A stretch of 38,282 bases of DNA from positions 1 through 38,282 of the forward strand of contig NW_021832370.1 of assembly GCF_006345805.1 (NCBI RefSeq), in the 5' to 3' direction. The notes below the pieces were generated by a model. That model was not told where the DNA came from. It ran no database searches and was given only the letters and a program-made list of their open reading frames with translations. Made by a program: the position numbers and the translations under genes. The stretch comes from Octopus sinensis (taxonomy: Eukaryota). Positions within the stretch are counted from its first letter, which is position 1. Every line of letters starts with the position of its first letter. Shown here piece after piece: positions 22,343 to 34,906 of the stretch.

Positions 22343-23295
22343 GGCGGCGAGCCGGCAGAAACGTTAGCACGCCGGGCGAAATGCTTTGCGGTATTTCGTC
22401 TGCCGTTACGTTCTGAGTTCAAATTCCGCCGAGGTCGACTTTGCCTTTCATCCTTTCGGGGTCGATAAATTATGTACCAGTTACGCACTGGGGTCGATCT
22501 AATCGACTTAATCAGTTTGTCTGTCTTTGTTTGTCCCCTCTGTGTGTAACCCCTTGTGGGCAGTAAAGAAAGAGGTATTTCGTCTGCCGCTAAGTTCTGA
22601 GTTCAAATTCCGCCGAGGTCGACTTTGCCTTTCATCCTTTCGGGGTCGATAAATTAAATACCAAATGAATACTGGAGTCGATGTAATCGACTTAATCCGA
22701 TTGTCTGTCCTTATTTGTCCCCTCTGTGTTTAGCCCCTTGTGGGTAGTAAAGAAATAGGTATTTCGTCTGCCGCTAAGTTCTGAGTTCAAATTCCGCCGA
22801 GGTCGACTTTGCCATTCATCCTTTCGGGGTCGATAAATTAAGTACCAGTTACGCACTGGGGTCGATATAATCGACTTAATCCGTTTGTCTGTCCTTGTTT
22901 GTCCCCCCTGTGTTTAGCCCCTTGTGGATAGTAAAAAAATAGATATTTCGTCTGCCGCTTCGTTCTGAGTTCAAATTCCGCCAAGGTCGACTTTGTCTTT
23001 GATCCTTTCAGAGTCGATAAATTAAGTACCAAATGAATACTGGGGTCGATGTAATCGACTTAATCCATTTGTCTGTCCTTGTTTGTCCCCTCTGTGTGTA
23101 ACCCCTTGTGGGCAGTAAAGAAATAGGTATTTCGTCTGTTGCTATGTTCTGTGTTCAAATTACGCCGAGGTCGACTTTGCCTATAATCCTTTCGGGTTTG
23201 ATAAATTAAATACCAGTTGCTTACTTGGGTCGATCTCATTGACTGGCCCCCTGCTCTGAAATTTCAGGCATTGTGTCTATATTAGAAAGGATTAT
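22343..23295 (+). mobile_element. SINE B tandem array: one head plus five body units, 184-bp period
   Basis: (G/A)TATTTCGTCTG unit starts at 22391, 22575, 22759, 22943 and 23127; the last unit is more diverged and carries the B2 tail. Confidence 0.92.
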
Positions 23296-23572
23296 TTATA
23301 TTAGCATTAATGCGATAGATTGTCAAAAGTTCCGGAAAAAATAACTAGTAATATTTCTTCCAGCTCCTTAGCTTTCAAATTTAAAATCTCGAGGGGTCAA
23401 CTTCGCCCTTCATCCTTCCGAAATCGGTAAAATGCTGTAGAGTCAAGCAGCTGGATTCTTTTCAGATTTTTGCTTACCCTTTGCTCTTCATAGGTTCTGA
23501 ATTCTTTAAAGCTTTCCTTTTATAACACCCAAATTCACTTGCGTTTGAAAAACCTTGGGAATGTGTATCATA

Positions 23573-23743
23573 GGCGCAGGAGTGGCTGTGTGGTAAGTAG
23601 CTTGCTAACCAACCACATGGTTCCGGGTTCAGTCCCACTGCGTGGCATCTTGGGCAAGTGTCTTCTGCTATAGCCCCGGGCCGACCAATGCCTTGTGAGT
23701 GGATTTGGTAGACGGAAACTGAAAGAAGCCTGTCGTATATATG

Positions 23744-23812
<69 letters not shown>

Positions 23813-24021
23813 TTGCGTGTCTGTGTTTGTCCCCTTAGCATTGCTTGACAACCGATGCTGGTATGTTTACGTCCCCGTAACTTAGCGGTTCGGCAAAGAG
23901 ACCGATAATAAGTACTGGGCTTACAAAGAATAAGTCCCGGGGTCGATTTGCTCGACTAAGGCGGTGCTCCAGCATGGCCGCAGTCAAATGACTGAAACAA
24001 GTAAAAGAGTAAAAGAGTAAA
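23573..24021 (+). mobile_element. SINE A, full length
   Basis: Complete head, internal (TA)n, and AAAAGAGT tail. Confidence 0.92.
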
Positions 24022-24299
24022 ATACGATACATGGACACCAGGGAAATATATCCTGTGTAGCACATGTAATACTGTTGTGGTGATAGATATTAACACCCCT
24101 GTGTGATTAAGAGGTGAACTCGTCGAATTCTTATAAAGACTAACGTGTCTCGCCGAGACGACAAGAAGGCGTTGGAGTCTCGCATGCTGGTAGTCGGAAG
24201 TTACGTATGTGAAATACACAGCTTTACCCTCACTTCCTTAAAATCATACATCCGCAACCAAGGATATAAAAGGTACAAAGAACAGATCAATGATTAATC

Positions 24300-25370
24300 G
24301 ATTGCTTTTATAACCAAATTTCTGGTCATGTGGTTAAGTTAAAAACAATTATTAATATTCAACCCGCAAAGTGAGGATGGAAAGAGATTATGTTCTCAGA
24401 TTATGTATTGAAAGATTTTTGCAACAGTTCTTAAGCTTCCTATTACAGTTGGAATGATGAGAAATTTAAGGCAAGTCGACATTCTTTGAAATTCGTATCT
24501 TATGTTCTGTAATATTTCTGTTTTCCCACATTAGGAAGGAATTACAACCGTGTTTCGTGGTCTGCTACCACAACAGCTCCTTTATAGGATCCCGTTAGCT
24601 CAAGACATCATAAGGAGGAACCACGTCCAGTTTCGGCCCCTAACTCCTCTACCGTTTTGACGTGGCGGGGCCCCCCTTTCGGAGGTGTCTTCAGCTCTGG
24701 TGTTGGGTGCATGACTTCATTCTTCTTCTTTCTTCTGTTCCCTGGCCTCTTCTATGTATCGTCAGCGAGTGTCACCCGGTGACTGACTGACTTGTCAAAT
24801 TTTTCCCTTTTAATACCTGCCGCTAGGCTCCAGCAGACAGCCCCAGCAAGTTGTCACGTGACACTGTCTTACCTGAACTGACTAGTGAAGGCGCGTAGTC
24901 TTCACTTCTAGTCTTCCGCCAAGCAGGCAAGCAACATCGATTATACAACAAACTGCTTCTTCTGTATTGAATACAACAATATTTGGACGTAAGTGTTCCA
25001 TTTGAAGTTTTGTATCCTATGATAACGTTATATGGTTATTTTCAAGGTTGGGCTCTGTTTTATAGCTATACAATTTTCCATAAGTTCAAATCTATATTTT
25101 ATACAGATTTGCTAATGTATGATTGAAGCAACGTTGTCCTGTTTCCAGTTCATATTGGTCCTCTGAGCAATTATTTTACCCAGAGACTACATTCATAACC
25201 GTGTGGTCTCTTCTCCTATACGTTCTACATTCAAACAAGATGTCTGCCTCATCTACGTTCTTCCTGTTGATCTTGCGCAGTTTGTTTTAATCCTTCTTTC
25301 TCTTCCCTTAGCACTCTCTTCTTCAGTTTTTCAATGACTTCCTATCTCGATACCCTTCAATACTTTGACA
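24300..25370 (-). mobile_element. Old R4/Dong-like LINE fragment (knuckle to REL), interrupted at 24508-24950
   Basis: Degenerate translations: EKEGLKQTAQDQ, FECRTY...TVMNVVSG, QDNVASIIH*QICIKYRFE, HLRPNIVVFN, LKFLIIPTVIGSLRTV. Confidence 0.7.
24508..24950. mobile_element. Unclassified GC-richer insertion with TGT...ACA ends (possible solo LTR)
   Basis: Starts TGTAATATT, ends ATTATACAACA; interrupts the LINE remnant; no TSD found. Confidence 0.4.
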
Positions 25371-25514
25371 AAAAAAAAATAATAATAATAATAGATGGGG
25401 GAAAAACTTTAGGTGTTAACTTTACTCTGTGTATGGCGGATTTCTACCTCCAAAAACTGTACTTTTTCGTTTCCTTCACCTAAAATATTTTCTTTTCTTA
25501 TTGATGATTAAACG

Positions 25515-26000
25515 CCTATTTGACTATCTACATTCAGCCAAGATGGCTTCTTTACCTATATTTTTCTTGATGTAAATGCTTTTGATTGCTTAATCTTGAG
25601 TAGCTGGAATTTAGTCTTCTGTTTCTTTCCTTAAAACTCCCTTCTTTATCCACTGGAATGGCTTCGGATTTCGATTCCCTTCAGTACTTTGAAAAAAAAC
25701 TTTCCGTGTAAACATTTCTGTTCGTATCGTTGCTTTTTAGATATGAAAACTTCACATTATTCCCTTCCTTTAGCTAATATATCTTGTCGTTTTACTGCTA
25801 TCAAAGGCGTCTTCTGACCGTTAGCAACGTATTCCCTTAAACTGTCTCATACATCCACACAGGATTTTCGAATTATCAATCATCTTCTAACATCCTTTCT
25901 ATGAAAATACAATCTCTTAACATTTGCCTGTCAGTGTCAGATCCTGTAGATATTTAACAATTTCCATGTTTTTTTTTCTCCACGTTCTAAAGGGTTTCAT
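25515..26000 (-). mobile_element. Second old R4/Dong-like LINE fragment (post-RT region)
   Basis: KKTWKLLNIYRI*H...KRLYFHRKD, KCLHGKFF, FQWIKKGVLRKETED*IPATQD*AI...ECR. Confidence 0.72.
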
Positions 26001-26170
26001 GCTGACAGATACGACTTTTGAGTTTAGGATTATGCTTGCATTTATAACAATGTGTATCAATAATATTTAGCAGTTTGTATTTGTATTTATAAAATTTACT
26101 ACTCATCTTACCCTTCGGAAATATTCTCTCCCGATTTTGATTTTCACTGTTCAATCATCTATACCATATG

Positions 26171-26250
<80 letters not shown>

Positions 26251-26251
26251 T

Positions 26252-26690
26252 GAGCGAGCGAGAGAGCAGCGCATGCCATAAAAGTGATACTGGAGCAAAA
26301 TATACGAAGCCCAGTATATCCATCATGACTACCCATCTGATAAGAGTACACCAGGCACATGCATCGCAAATATATGTGCGCGACATGGTGATCTCATATC
26401 AAGATAAACAACGCATAACCTTGTAAGTGAGGCCCAGTTAGAATTTTCTTCAGGTCGTGTAGCCCATCCCGCTCAAAAGGTCCCTGATTAAAGGTTGCTT
26501 AAGAATATTGAACGAAGCACCCATGTCTCCAGAGGTGAATTATTCAAACCTCAAAGAAATCCTCAAAACAAATGGCTATGATGCTCCCCCACTACTTCTG
26601 CTCGTGATCAGAGACGCGCATATCGTCAGCCACTAAGGGACATGATCAGCTGGTTAAGGTCAAACAACTGACAAGCAAATCTTTGGTATT
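26252..26690 (-). mobile_element. Repeat family C, longer copy, with (AAT)n tail at 26170-26250
   Basis: Homologous to 3155-3381 and extends further 5'. Confidence 0.7.
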
Positions 26691-26694
26691 GCTG

Positions 26695-27110
26695 TAGCAC
26701 TGGCGGAATCGTAACAGTGTATGGCTCTATACGCCCAGAGTTTAAAATTCCACCGTGGTCATCCTTACCTTTCATCGTTCTGAGATCGATACCACAAGGT
26801 ACCAGTCAAGTAGTATGATCGATGATATCGAATTACCTTCTCCGGTAGAATTGTTGGCCTTCTGCCACAATTTGAAACCATTTAAAGCGGTGACTTACCA
26901 GAATCGTTAACACGCTGGAGAAATTCCTAAGTGGTATTTCTTCTTGGTCGTTATATGCTAGGCTCAAATCCCGCCGAGGTCAACTTCGTCCTTTGTTCCT
27001 CCAGGTTCGATAAAATAGAATACCAAGGAAGTCCTGGTGGTAATGTAATCAATTGGAAAGTATTTCCCTCCGATTGCAGACCTTGTGACAAATGTTAGAC
27101 TTATTATATT
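26695..27110 (+). mobile_element. Two adjacent, highly diverged SINE B2 copies
   Basis: TTTAAAATTCCACCGTGGTC...CCTTTCATC and CTCAAATCCCGCCGAGGTCAACTTCG cores. Confidence 0.55.
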
Positions 27111-27899
27111 ATTATTCTGAGGACAATAAAAAAATATCTTTGTTTGCTCTGAATATTTTCATTTTCTTTTCCGTTTTTCTCATTCGATTTCTATGTAATT
27201 CTCCACCCTTAAAAGCCACGCACGCAGACACACATCACACATACACATTTTGTAACCCGTTCTCGCAATGTCCTTTCACATATCGCCCCTGTGGCAAATA
27301 TAAGAAATCAATATTAATGTCATTATTTTTTTGTCATCATTATCATCATCATCACCATCGTCATCGTCAACATAATCGCCATCCTTATCACCATAATCGT
27401 TACCATCACCATTATCATCATCGTCACCATCATCTTTATTATCATCGTTTAGCGTTTGTAAAGATGTGTGCTTGTCACCATATTTTCCATAGAGGTCAGC
27501 TGTGTCCAAGGACATTTTAGATCTAGGACATTGATGAACAAATTCCCTGATATTTTTTCCCCTTCGCTCACCAGCTGCTCATGTGACTACATTTATTTTT
27601 TTGTGTCCTGGTTTCAGAAATTGCGTCTTTTATTTTTGTAGTATTTTATTATTATTTTCCATATAATTTATTTTTATTTCATGTTTTTTTTCTATTGCCG
27701 TGGATCTTTATTTTTTATTGAGTTTTTCTTTATATTTTTCATTATTTTTTTCATTTTCCTGTTTTTATTCAATTTTCATGTTTTTATTGCATTTTCTTTC
27801 TTTTTTTTCTGCATCTATTTTACGCTTAGTTCTGTCTTTTGCAATTCCTCTTTCCGAATTCTTTATTTCTATTTATTTATTTTTAACACATTTTCATAG

Positions 27900-27925
27900 T
27901 ATTATTATTATTATTAATTATTATA

Positions 27926-28014
<89 letters not shown>

Positions 28015-28020
28015 TTATTA

Positions 28021-28060
<40 letters not shown>

Positions 28061-28141
28061 TTTATTATTATTATTATATTATTATATTATTATTATTATA
28101 TTATTATTATTATTATTATTATCATTATGATTATTATTATA

Positions 28142-28176
<35 letters not shown>

Positions 28177-28235
28177 ATTATCATCATCATCATCATCATT
28201 ATTATTATCATCATTATTATCATCATTATTATTAA
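27900..28235. repeat. (TAT)n/(CAT)n microsatellite
   Basis: Visible simple repeat. Confidence 0.95.
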
Positions 28236-28292
28236 ACTAGTATTTAGCACATATCGTTTATTTTTGCGTTTTTGTTGGGTTTTTTCTTATAA

Positions 28293-28323
<31 letters not shown>

Positions 28324-28421
28324 AATTGTGTGTTTATACATGAGATCCATTACATCTTTTGACCATCTCCATTATCGACGTCATCGTCAATGTTGATATA
28401 ATGTCATCAATTTTAATATTA

Positions 28422-28456
<35 letters not shown>

Positions 28457-28541
28457 GATATTATTGGCTTGAGCAATATAGCGCCCTATTTATGCTTCCC
28501 ACTCTTAAAATAAGATATATTAAAATAATAACAATACTTAT

Positions 28542-28607
<66 letters not shown>

Positions 28608-28989
28608 TCTATGCTTCTAGGTTTTCTTTTTATCCGGACTACAGTCATATTTGCATTCTGAAAAAGCATTTTATCACTTTTTTTCTTTTTTTTTTTGGCT
28701 CCATTATCTGTTATACATTTAGCAGGCCACAATGGCTTGGCAGATACATTATTCGTCCCCTGGGTCTCTTGCCCCAAGTATCATGAGTTCTATCCAGTTT
28801 TAAGCTTTGTGATGGCCCTTGTAAAAAAAAAAAAAAAGGGACACTTAAGTATATTTGACTAAAGCATTTTGACCGTATAAGACAATATGTATTTAGATTG
28901 CCATTAATCTTTATTCAGCTATTGTGATTTGAAAAACGACAAAAGATTTCGCCTTTACTAAAGTGATAAGTCTTTTTACATTTCTTTTC

Positions 28990-29027
<38 letters not shown>

Positions 29028-30002
29028 TCGCTCTTTCCATATCTCTCTCTCTCTTTCTTCAACTCGCTGTCACTCTCTTTATTTTTTCAAAGAGATTACA
29101 CGGCATCAAACATCAATTATGGTTCCTATTTGTTCTTCTTTAATATACGCAAGTGCATGCATAATATGCAAACAACATGAATGCGCACGCAGAAACGTTT
29201 GTGCATACATATACAAATTCCTGTTCATATATGCATGACTATTTCTATGTATGCATGCATGTATATGTACGAACCCACACATACACTAACACACACAAAC
29301 ACACACAAACCACACACACATGCATATATATATATAATATATATAATATATATATATAGATATATATACATAAATTTGAGGGAATATTATTCCTAACTTA
29401 CAGGGAAAAATTCGATTTAGAAATGCTAAATCAATTTCACAAATATAATATATATATATATAATTAGAATAAACCACCTTTTATCAATTCAAAATGAACA
29501 ATTAAATTACACCATCTAGAAAATTACATATAATAGAAATATTAAAATTAAAATAATAATAATATACCGATGATTAAGTAATGTGCAAAATGATAAATAA
29601 AACGTATATAATTGGTAGAATAACAAATATATATATATACTAACATATATATTGCAAGTATGTATTATAGCATATACACATACATATATATATTCATATA
29701 CATGTATGTGTATGTGAGTTTGTGTATGTGAGTATGTATGTGTGTATGTATTTCACATGTGTGTATGACAGTATGTATGCGAGTTAAATTTTTATAAAGT
29801 TGTGTTTAGTAAGCATTGTCGAATAGGAGTATTTGAAGAAATATTTATACACTTCATGTAATGAAGGATTTTCATGCGCGGCCTATCACCTACAAGAAAC
29901 CGCATTAATCTTTAGAAATACAAGGTTTTCGTTAATTTTGGATAAACGATATATTCGAAGAAAATAAAATACATTAATTCTGTATTTGGCTGAATTTTTG
30001 CG

Positions 30003-30232
30003 TTAAACCTTTTGATACCAACCCGCCTGAAACTGCCCCTGGTTCTGTAGTACAAATATCTTGTTTTCAAAAGTTCTGAATTAAAATCTTCCACCAAACC
30101 TTAGTCACAATTTATGTTCCTAACACTAGCTTAATGATAAACCAAATTATTTTACTAATTATTTGTTATATTTAAGATTAATTGAAAGAAACACAGAGTA
30201 TCTCAACAGAAATATGGTAACAAAAGGGTTAA
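30003..30232. mobile_element. piggyBac-type MITE, copy 1
   Basis: TTAA-ACCTTTTGATACC...GGTAACAAAAGGG-TTAA: 13-bp imperfect TIRs, TTAA on both sides. Confidence 0.88.
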
Positions 30233-30255
30233 GATATATAATAGAGAAACAATTC

Positions 30256-30485
30256 TTAACCTTTTTGATACCAACCCGCCTGAAATCTCCTCTGGCTCTG
30301 TAGTACAAATGTCTTGTTTTCAAAAGTTCTGAATTAAAATCTTCCACCAAATCTTAGTCACAATTTATGTTCCAAACACTAGCTTAATGATAAACTTAAT
30401 TATTTTACTAATTCTTTGTTATATTTAAAATTAATTGAAAGAAACACAGAGTAACTCAACAGAAATATGGTAACAAAAGGGTTAA
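30256..30485. mobile_element. piggyBac-type MITE, copy 2
   Basis: TTAA-CCTTTTTGATACC...GGTAACAAAAGGG-TTAA; collinear with copy 1, same orientation. Confidence 0.88.
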
Positions 30486-30973
30486 ACTACTGATTTTGAT
30501 ATCCTGAAAGCGAAGCTGGTCAGACTCCTCAATTCATCTCAGATCATATCCTGCATATGAGCTTCTGAATTGATTGGACTTTGTGACATACAAGAAGTGA
30601 AATAATAGTATTTTATATATATTTTGCATGGAAAGTTAAGAAATACAGTTGTACTGGACGTAAAAATTTGAAAAGTTCTGGTGCGTATTGCATGGCAAGC
30701 TGAAAAAAAATAGGTCCAACTTGTACTAATATGAATAGCTAACAAAAAAAAAATGCATTCGCAAAAATATCTCAGCGATCAAATTATATATCTCTAATTC
30801 CATCAATATCGAAGTTAAAACCAAATCCCAAGTTTTGCTGAACATTCATTCTAACGTCTCGATTATCTGTTGGTAAATGCTGGTTATTTGCATATTGTTG
30901 AAATTAAAATTAAGGAGTATTTTCAAAGAACATACTGGAAATATTTTTGTGGGTAATTTTTTAATGAATTATA

Positions 30974-31137
30974 GGCGCAGGAGTGGCTGTGTGGTAAGTA
31001 GCTTGCTTACCAACCACATGGTTCCGGGTTCAGTCCCACTGCATGGCATCTTTGTCAAGTGTCTTCTACCTATAGCCTCGGGTCGAGCAAAGCCTTGAGA
31101 GTGGATGTGGTAGAACGAAACTGTAAGAAGCCCGTCG

Positions 31138-31171
<34 letters not shown>

Positions 31172-31365
31172 CTTGTCCCCCACCAACATTGCGTGACAAC
31201 CGATGCTGGAGTGTTTACGTCCCCGTCACTTAGCGGTTCGGCAAGAGAGACTGATAGAATAAGTACTAGGCTTACAAAGAATAAGTCCTGGGGTCAATTT
31301 GTTCAGATAAAGGCGTTGCTCCAGCATGGCTGCAGTCAAATGACTGAAACAAATAAAAGAATAAA
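30974..31365 (+). mobile_element. SINE A, full length
   Basis: Complete head-to-tail match to the other copies. Confidence 0.9.
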
Positions 31366-31736
31366 CGAATATGAAAAGACTTTATAAATATTTAATGATG
31401 CTTGTAAGACCTTAGAAGCATATTTTGTTCTATCGGTGGAAAATGAGCCACGATATTGATCCCTTTTAAGGGTCTACATCGCATAGAGAAGAAGGAGAAA
31501 GGCAGAAATATAAGCATTGACGGGAAGCATAGTTCACCGATAGAAACAACGCGAACTCAAATAAAAGCACGAAAACGTCATGCAATGTCATTAAACCGGC
31601 TATGGATTAGATTATTTTCAAAGAGCATAAGCGCTATTTCCAAAGCCTTCACGAACTTACGTCAAGTAAATTTCACGCTTAACGATTTGGTAAGCTTGAA
31701 TCTATGTTAGCAATGATATAGTCCAGGACTCTACAT

Positions 31737-32158
31737 GGCCGCGAACTGGCAGAAACGTTAGCACGCCGGGCGAAATGCGTAGCAGTAATTCGTCTGCCGT
31801 TACGTTCTGAGTTCAAATTCCGCCGAGGTCGACTTTGCCTTTCATCCTTTTCAGGTCGATTAAATAAGTACCAGTTACGCACTGGAGTCGATATAATCGA
31901 CTTAATCCGTTTGTTCCCAGACCGGGCGTTGTGAGTGTTTAATGAACGAGAACACCTAAAAAGATCCACGATGTTCCGGCAGGGAGTGGTGATCCCTGCT
32001 GTACTCTTTCGCTACAACTTTCTCTCACTCTTTCTTCTGTTGGCCTTCTCGCTTAGCCAGCGGGGTGGCGTCATTCGAAGGCTAAAACAATGCGAACACA
32101 TTGTGACCAGCGATGTGTAACAACGTCTGATGGTCTGGTCGGTCACGTGATCACGTGA
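31737..32158 (+). mobile_element. SINE B head/core with a third (B3) tail
   Basis: B sequence to ...TTAATCCGTTTG at about 31915, then a different tail ending GGTCGGTCACGTGATCACGTGAT before (TA)n. Confidence 0.7.
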
Positions 32159-32159
32159 T

Positions 32160-32657
32160 ATATATATATATATATATAGATATATATATATGTGTGTGTG
32201 TGTGTGTGCGTATGTATGTATGTATGTATGTATGTATGTATGTATGTATGTATGTATGTATGTATGTATAAACACACGCAAACAACACGTACATACACAA
32301 ACAAACCCATACATTTCTCACTAATGTACTGAACCTTGTTAACATCATGTGTCATGGGTCGATTGGTTCGACTAAAGGCGGTGCTCCAGCAAGGCCGCAG
32401 TCAAATGACTGAAACTAGTAAAATAGTAAAAGAATAAGTGAATATGTATGTATATATATAAATACATGTATATAATTGTATATATATATATGTATATATT
32501 ATATTTATGTATGTGTATTTTATGTTATATATATGTATGTATATATATTGTATATATATATATGTGTGTGTGTTATATATATGTTTTTTATATATGTATA
32601 TATCTATGTGTATATATATGTATATATATATATATTAATATTATAATATTATATATA

Positions 32658-32722
<65 letters not shown>

Positions 32723-33233
32723 TAGACAAATAGACATAATTCCAGTGTAGCACATGTAGCAGCCACGTGATCAACATCCGCAGCTATATTATTATCGTTT
32801 TAGAGAAATTTCTTCAACATTTCACATACGTATAAAATTTACTACGACCTTAATCTACAATTAGACCTGAATGTCTTTAAGATATATCACGAGCATTAGA
32901 AATTTATATATTTTCAACATATTTCAATACAGAATCCTTCCAAGATAATTATATAAGAGAACACTTTTGGAAAATATGGAATTGAACGACATCGTGTATA
33001 TTTGCCTGTTATGTGTTTAGGCCTTTTTGATTTTGTACTTTCCGAAGCTTTGTTATGTGTGCTAATTACATAGATATATATTTGTATATTAGCAATCAAA
33101 AATGACATGTGCATGCGTATATACATGCATACATACATACATACATGCATATATATAAATATATGTATATATCTATTTCTATCTATCTATCTATCCATCT
33201 ATCTATCTATCTATTTATCTATCTATCTATATC

Positions 33234-33267
<34 letters not shown>

Positions 33268-33543
33268 GATGGATAGATATATATATAGATATAGATATAT
33301 ACATATATTTATATCTCTATATATATATGTCTATAAATGCAAGTACATATATGTACTCTACAAATCTAAATACATACATATATATATATGTATATATATA
33401 TATATCTATGTATGTATATATATATGTACATATATTACATATATATCACATAATATACGCGCACACACACATGGTTGTGTACATAAATTATGTGTGATTA
33501 TGACAACATTCTGCATTCAATGTACACACACACACAAACTCAC

Positions 33544-33576
<33 letters not shown>

Positions 33577-33612
33577 TATATATGCATATAAATATATAAT
33601 TGGAAATACACG

Positions 33613-33689
<77 letters not shown>

Positions 33690-33690
33690 T
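32160..33690. repeat. Cluster of (TA)n, (TATG)n, (TCTA)n, (TAGA)n and (GA)n tracts with short unique spacers
   Basis: Visible simple repeats; includes a SINE A tail fragment at about 32355-32440. Confidence 0.8.
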
Positions 33691-34198
33691 CAGCATCCAT
33701 ATGCATCCATATTCACACATTTTGTTTCACTTTTAACGACATCGAAACTCCCGTAGATTGTATATCATTGAAGTAAAGAGTTATTATTATGGTCACATTT
33801 TTTTTGTGATCAGGTAAAGCAAATAAATTGAAGATTTCGGAAATTTCGAAGCATGTTTAAACAAATGATAATTTTAAAGACCAAAAGCAAATGGCGTGGG
33901 ATAAAATACTCCACATTCTAAACTTACATTCATTATCACCTTTAGTTGTATATTTATTCCTCCATTAAACTTCAAGTTTACTTTTCAAACAGCAAATAGT
34001 AAATTGGATATTGTTTATGATTTGTGCATTTTAAACATATTCTTCGTTGAACTTTGTTTCATGTTGATCGTAAGTATATAGGTACGTATGGATGCTTGTT
34101 TGTATGTAGATATTAGTTTTGTTTCTCGGGCATTGTATGTAGTGATTATATGAATGAAGAAGTGTGAATATTCGCTATGATTATATCTATGTCGTCTA

Positions 34199-34322
<124 letters not shown>

Positions 34323-34576
34323 TGTATTATATGTGGGCTGGGAATAACTATTTATGCATACATTATGTGTGTGTGTGTAAAATCTATATCATTATTATAT
34401 TATGATACAAAAGCATATATATATATACGTATACAGATTATATACAGAGGTATGCATATGTCTTCATATATTATATATAACGGGAAGTTTTATGAAAATA
34501 GACAAAAGACGAAGGCAGGTGAAAACAAACGAAACAATTGTATTAGTATGGCGCTCAGGAAATATAAAAAAACAAG

Positions 34577-34610
34577 TTTAACGTTTCGAGCCTACGCTCT
34601 TCAACAGAAA
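34577..34610 (-). ncRNA. Minimal type I hammerhead motif in the PLE 3' end (A6U core)
   Basis: UUU CUGUUGA A GAGC-GUAG-GCUC GAA ACGU U AAA. Confidence 0.68.
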
Positions 34611-34906
34611 GATACACAGAGGAAAAAAAACACAGAAGAAGAGAGAGAAAAAAATGCGTGCAGTAGCTAACGAATCAACATGGCGATCTGGGGAGGGGCT
34701 GGGGGGGGAGGAGAGGGGAGGAAAGAGGGAGAGGGGGAGGAGGAGAAGGGGAGTGAGGGAGTGAGGGAGCAGAGGAGAAGGGGAAGAGGGAAGGAGGGAG
34801 GGAGAGAAAGAGGGAAGAAGGGAAGGGAGTAGGGGTGAAAGGATGAGGGTCTGAAGAAGTAGGGTCGGGGGGGAAAGGATAGGTGACGAGGGGGGAGAGA
34901 GGGGGG

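Noticed and set aside
22391-23295. Regularly spaced repeats suggestive of a CRISPR array
   Set aside because: Whole 184-bp units are homologous with no unique spacers; eukaryotic SINE context; no cas genes.
23573-23645. tRNA-like sequences with A/B-box-like motifs in SINE heads
   Set aside because: They continue into SINE bodies and no complete cloverleaf was evident; not tRNA genes.
33993-34069. Possible 77-bp exon (TTTTCAAACAG / GTAAGT) with an open frame NSKLDIVYDLCILNIFFVELCFMLI
   Set aside because: Such signals are common by chance in AT-rich DNA; no protein match recognised and no partner exons.
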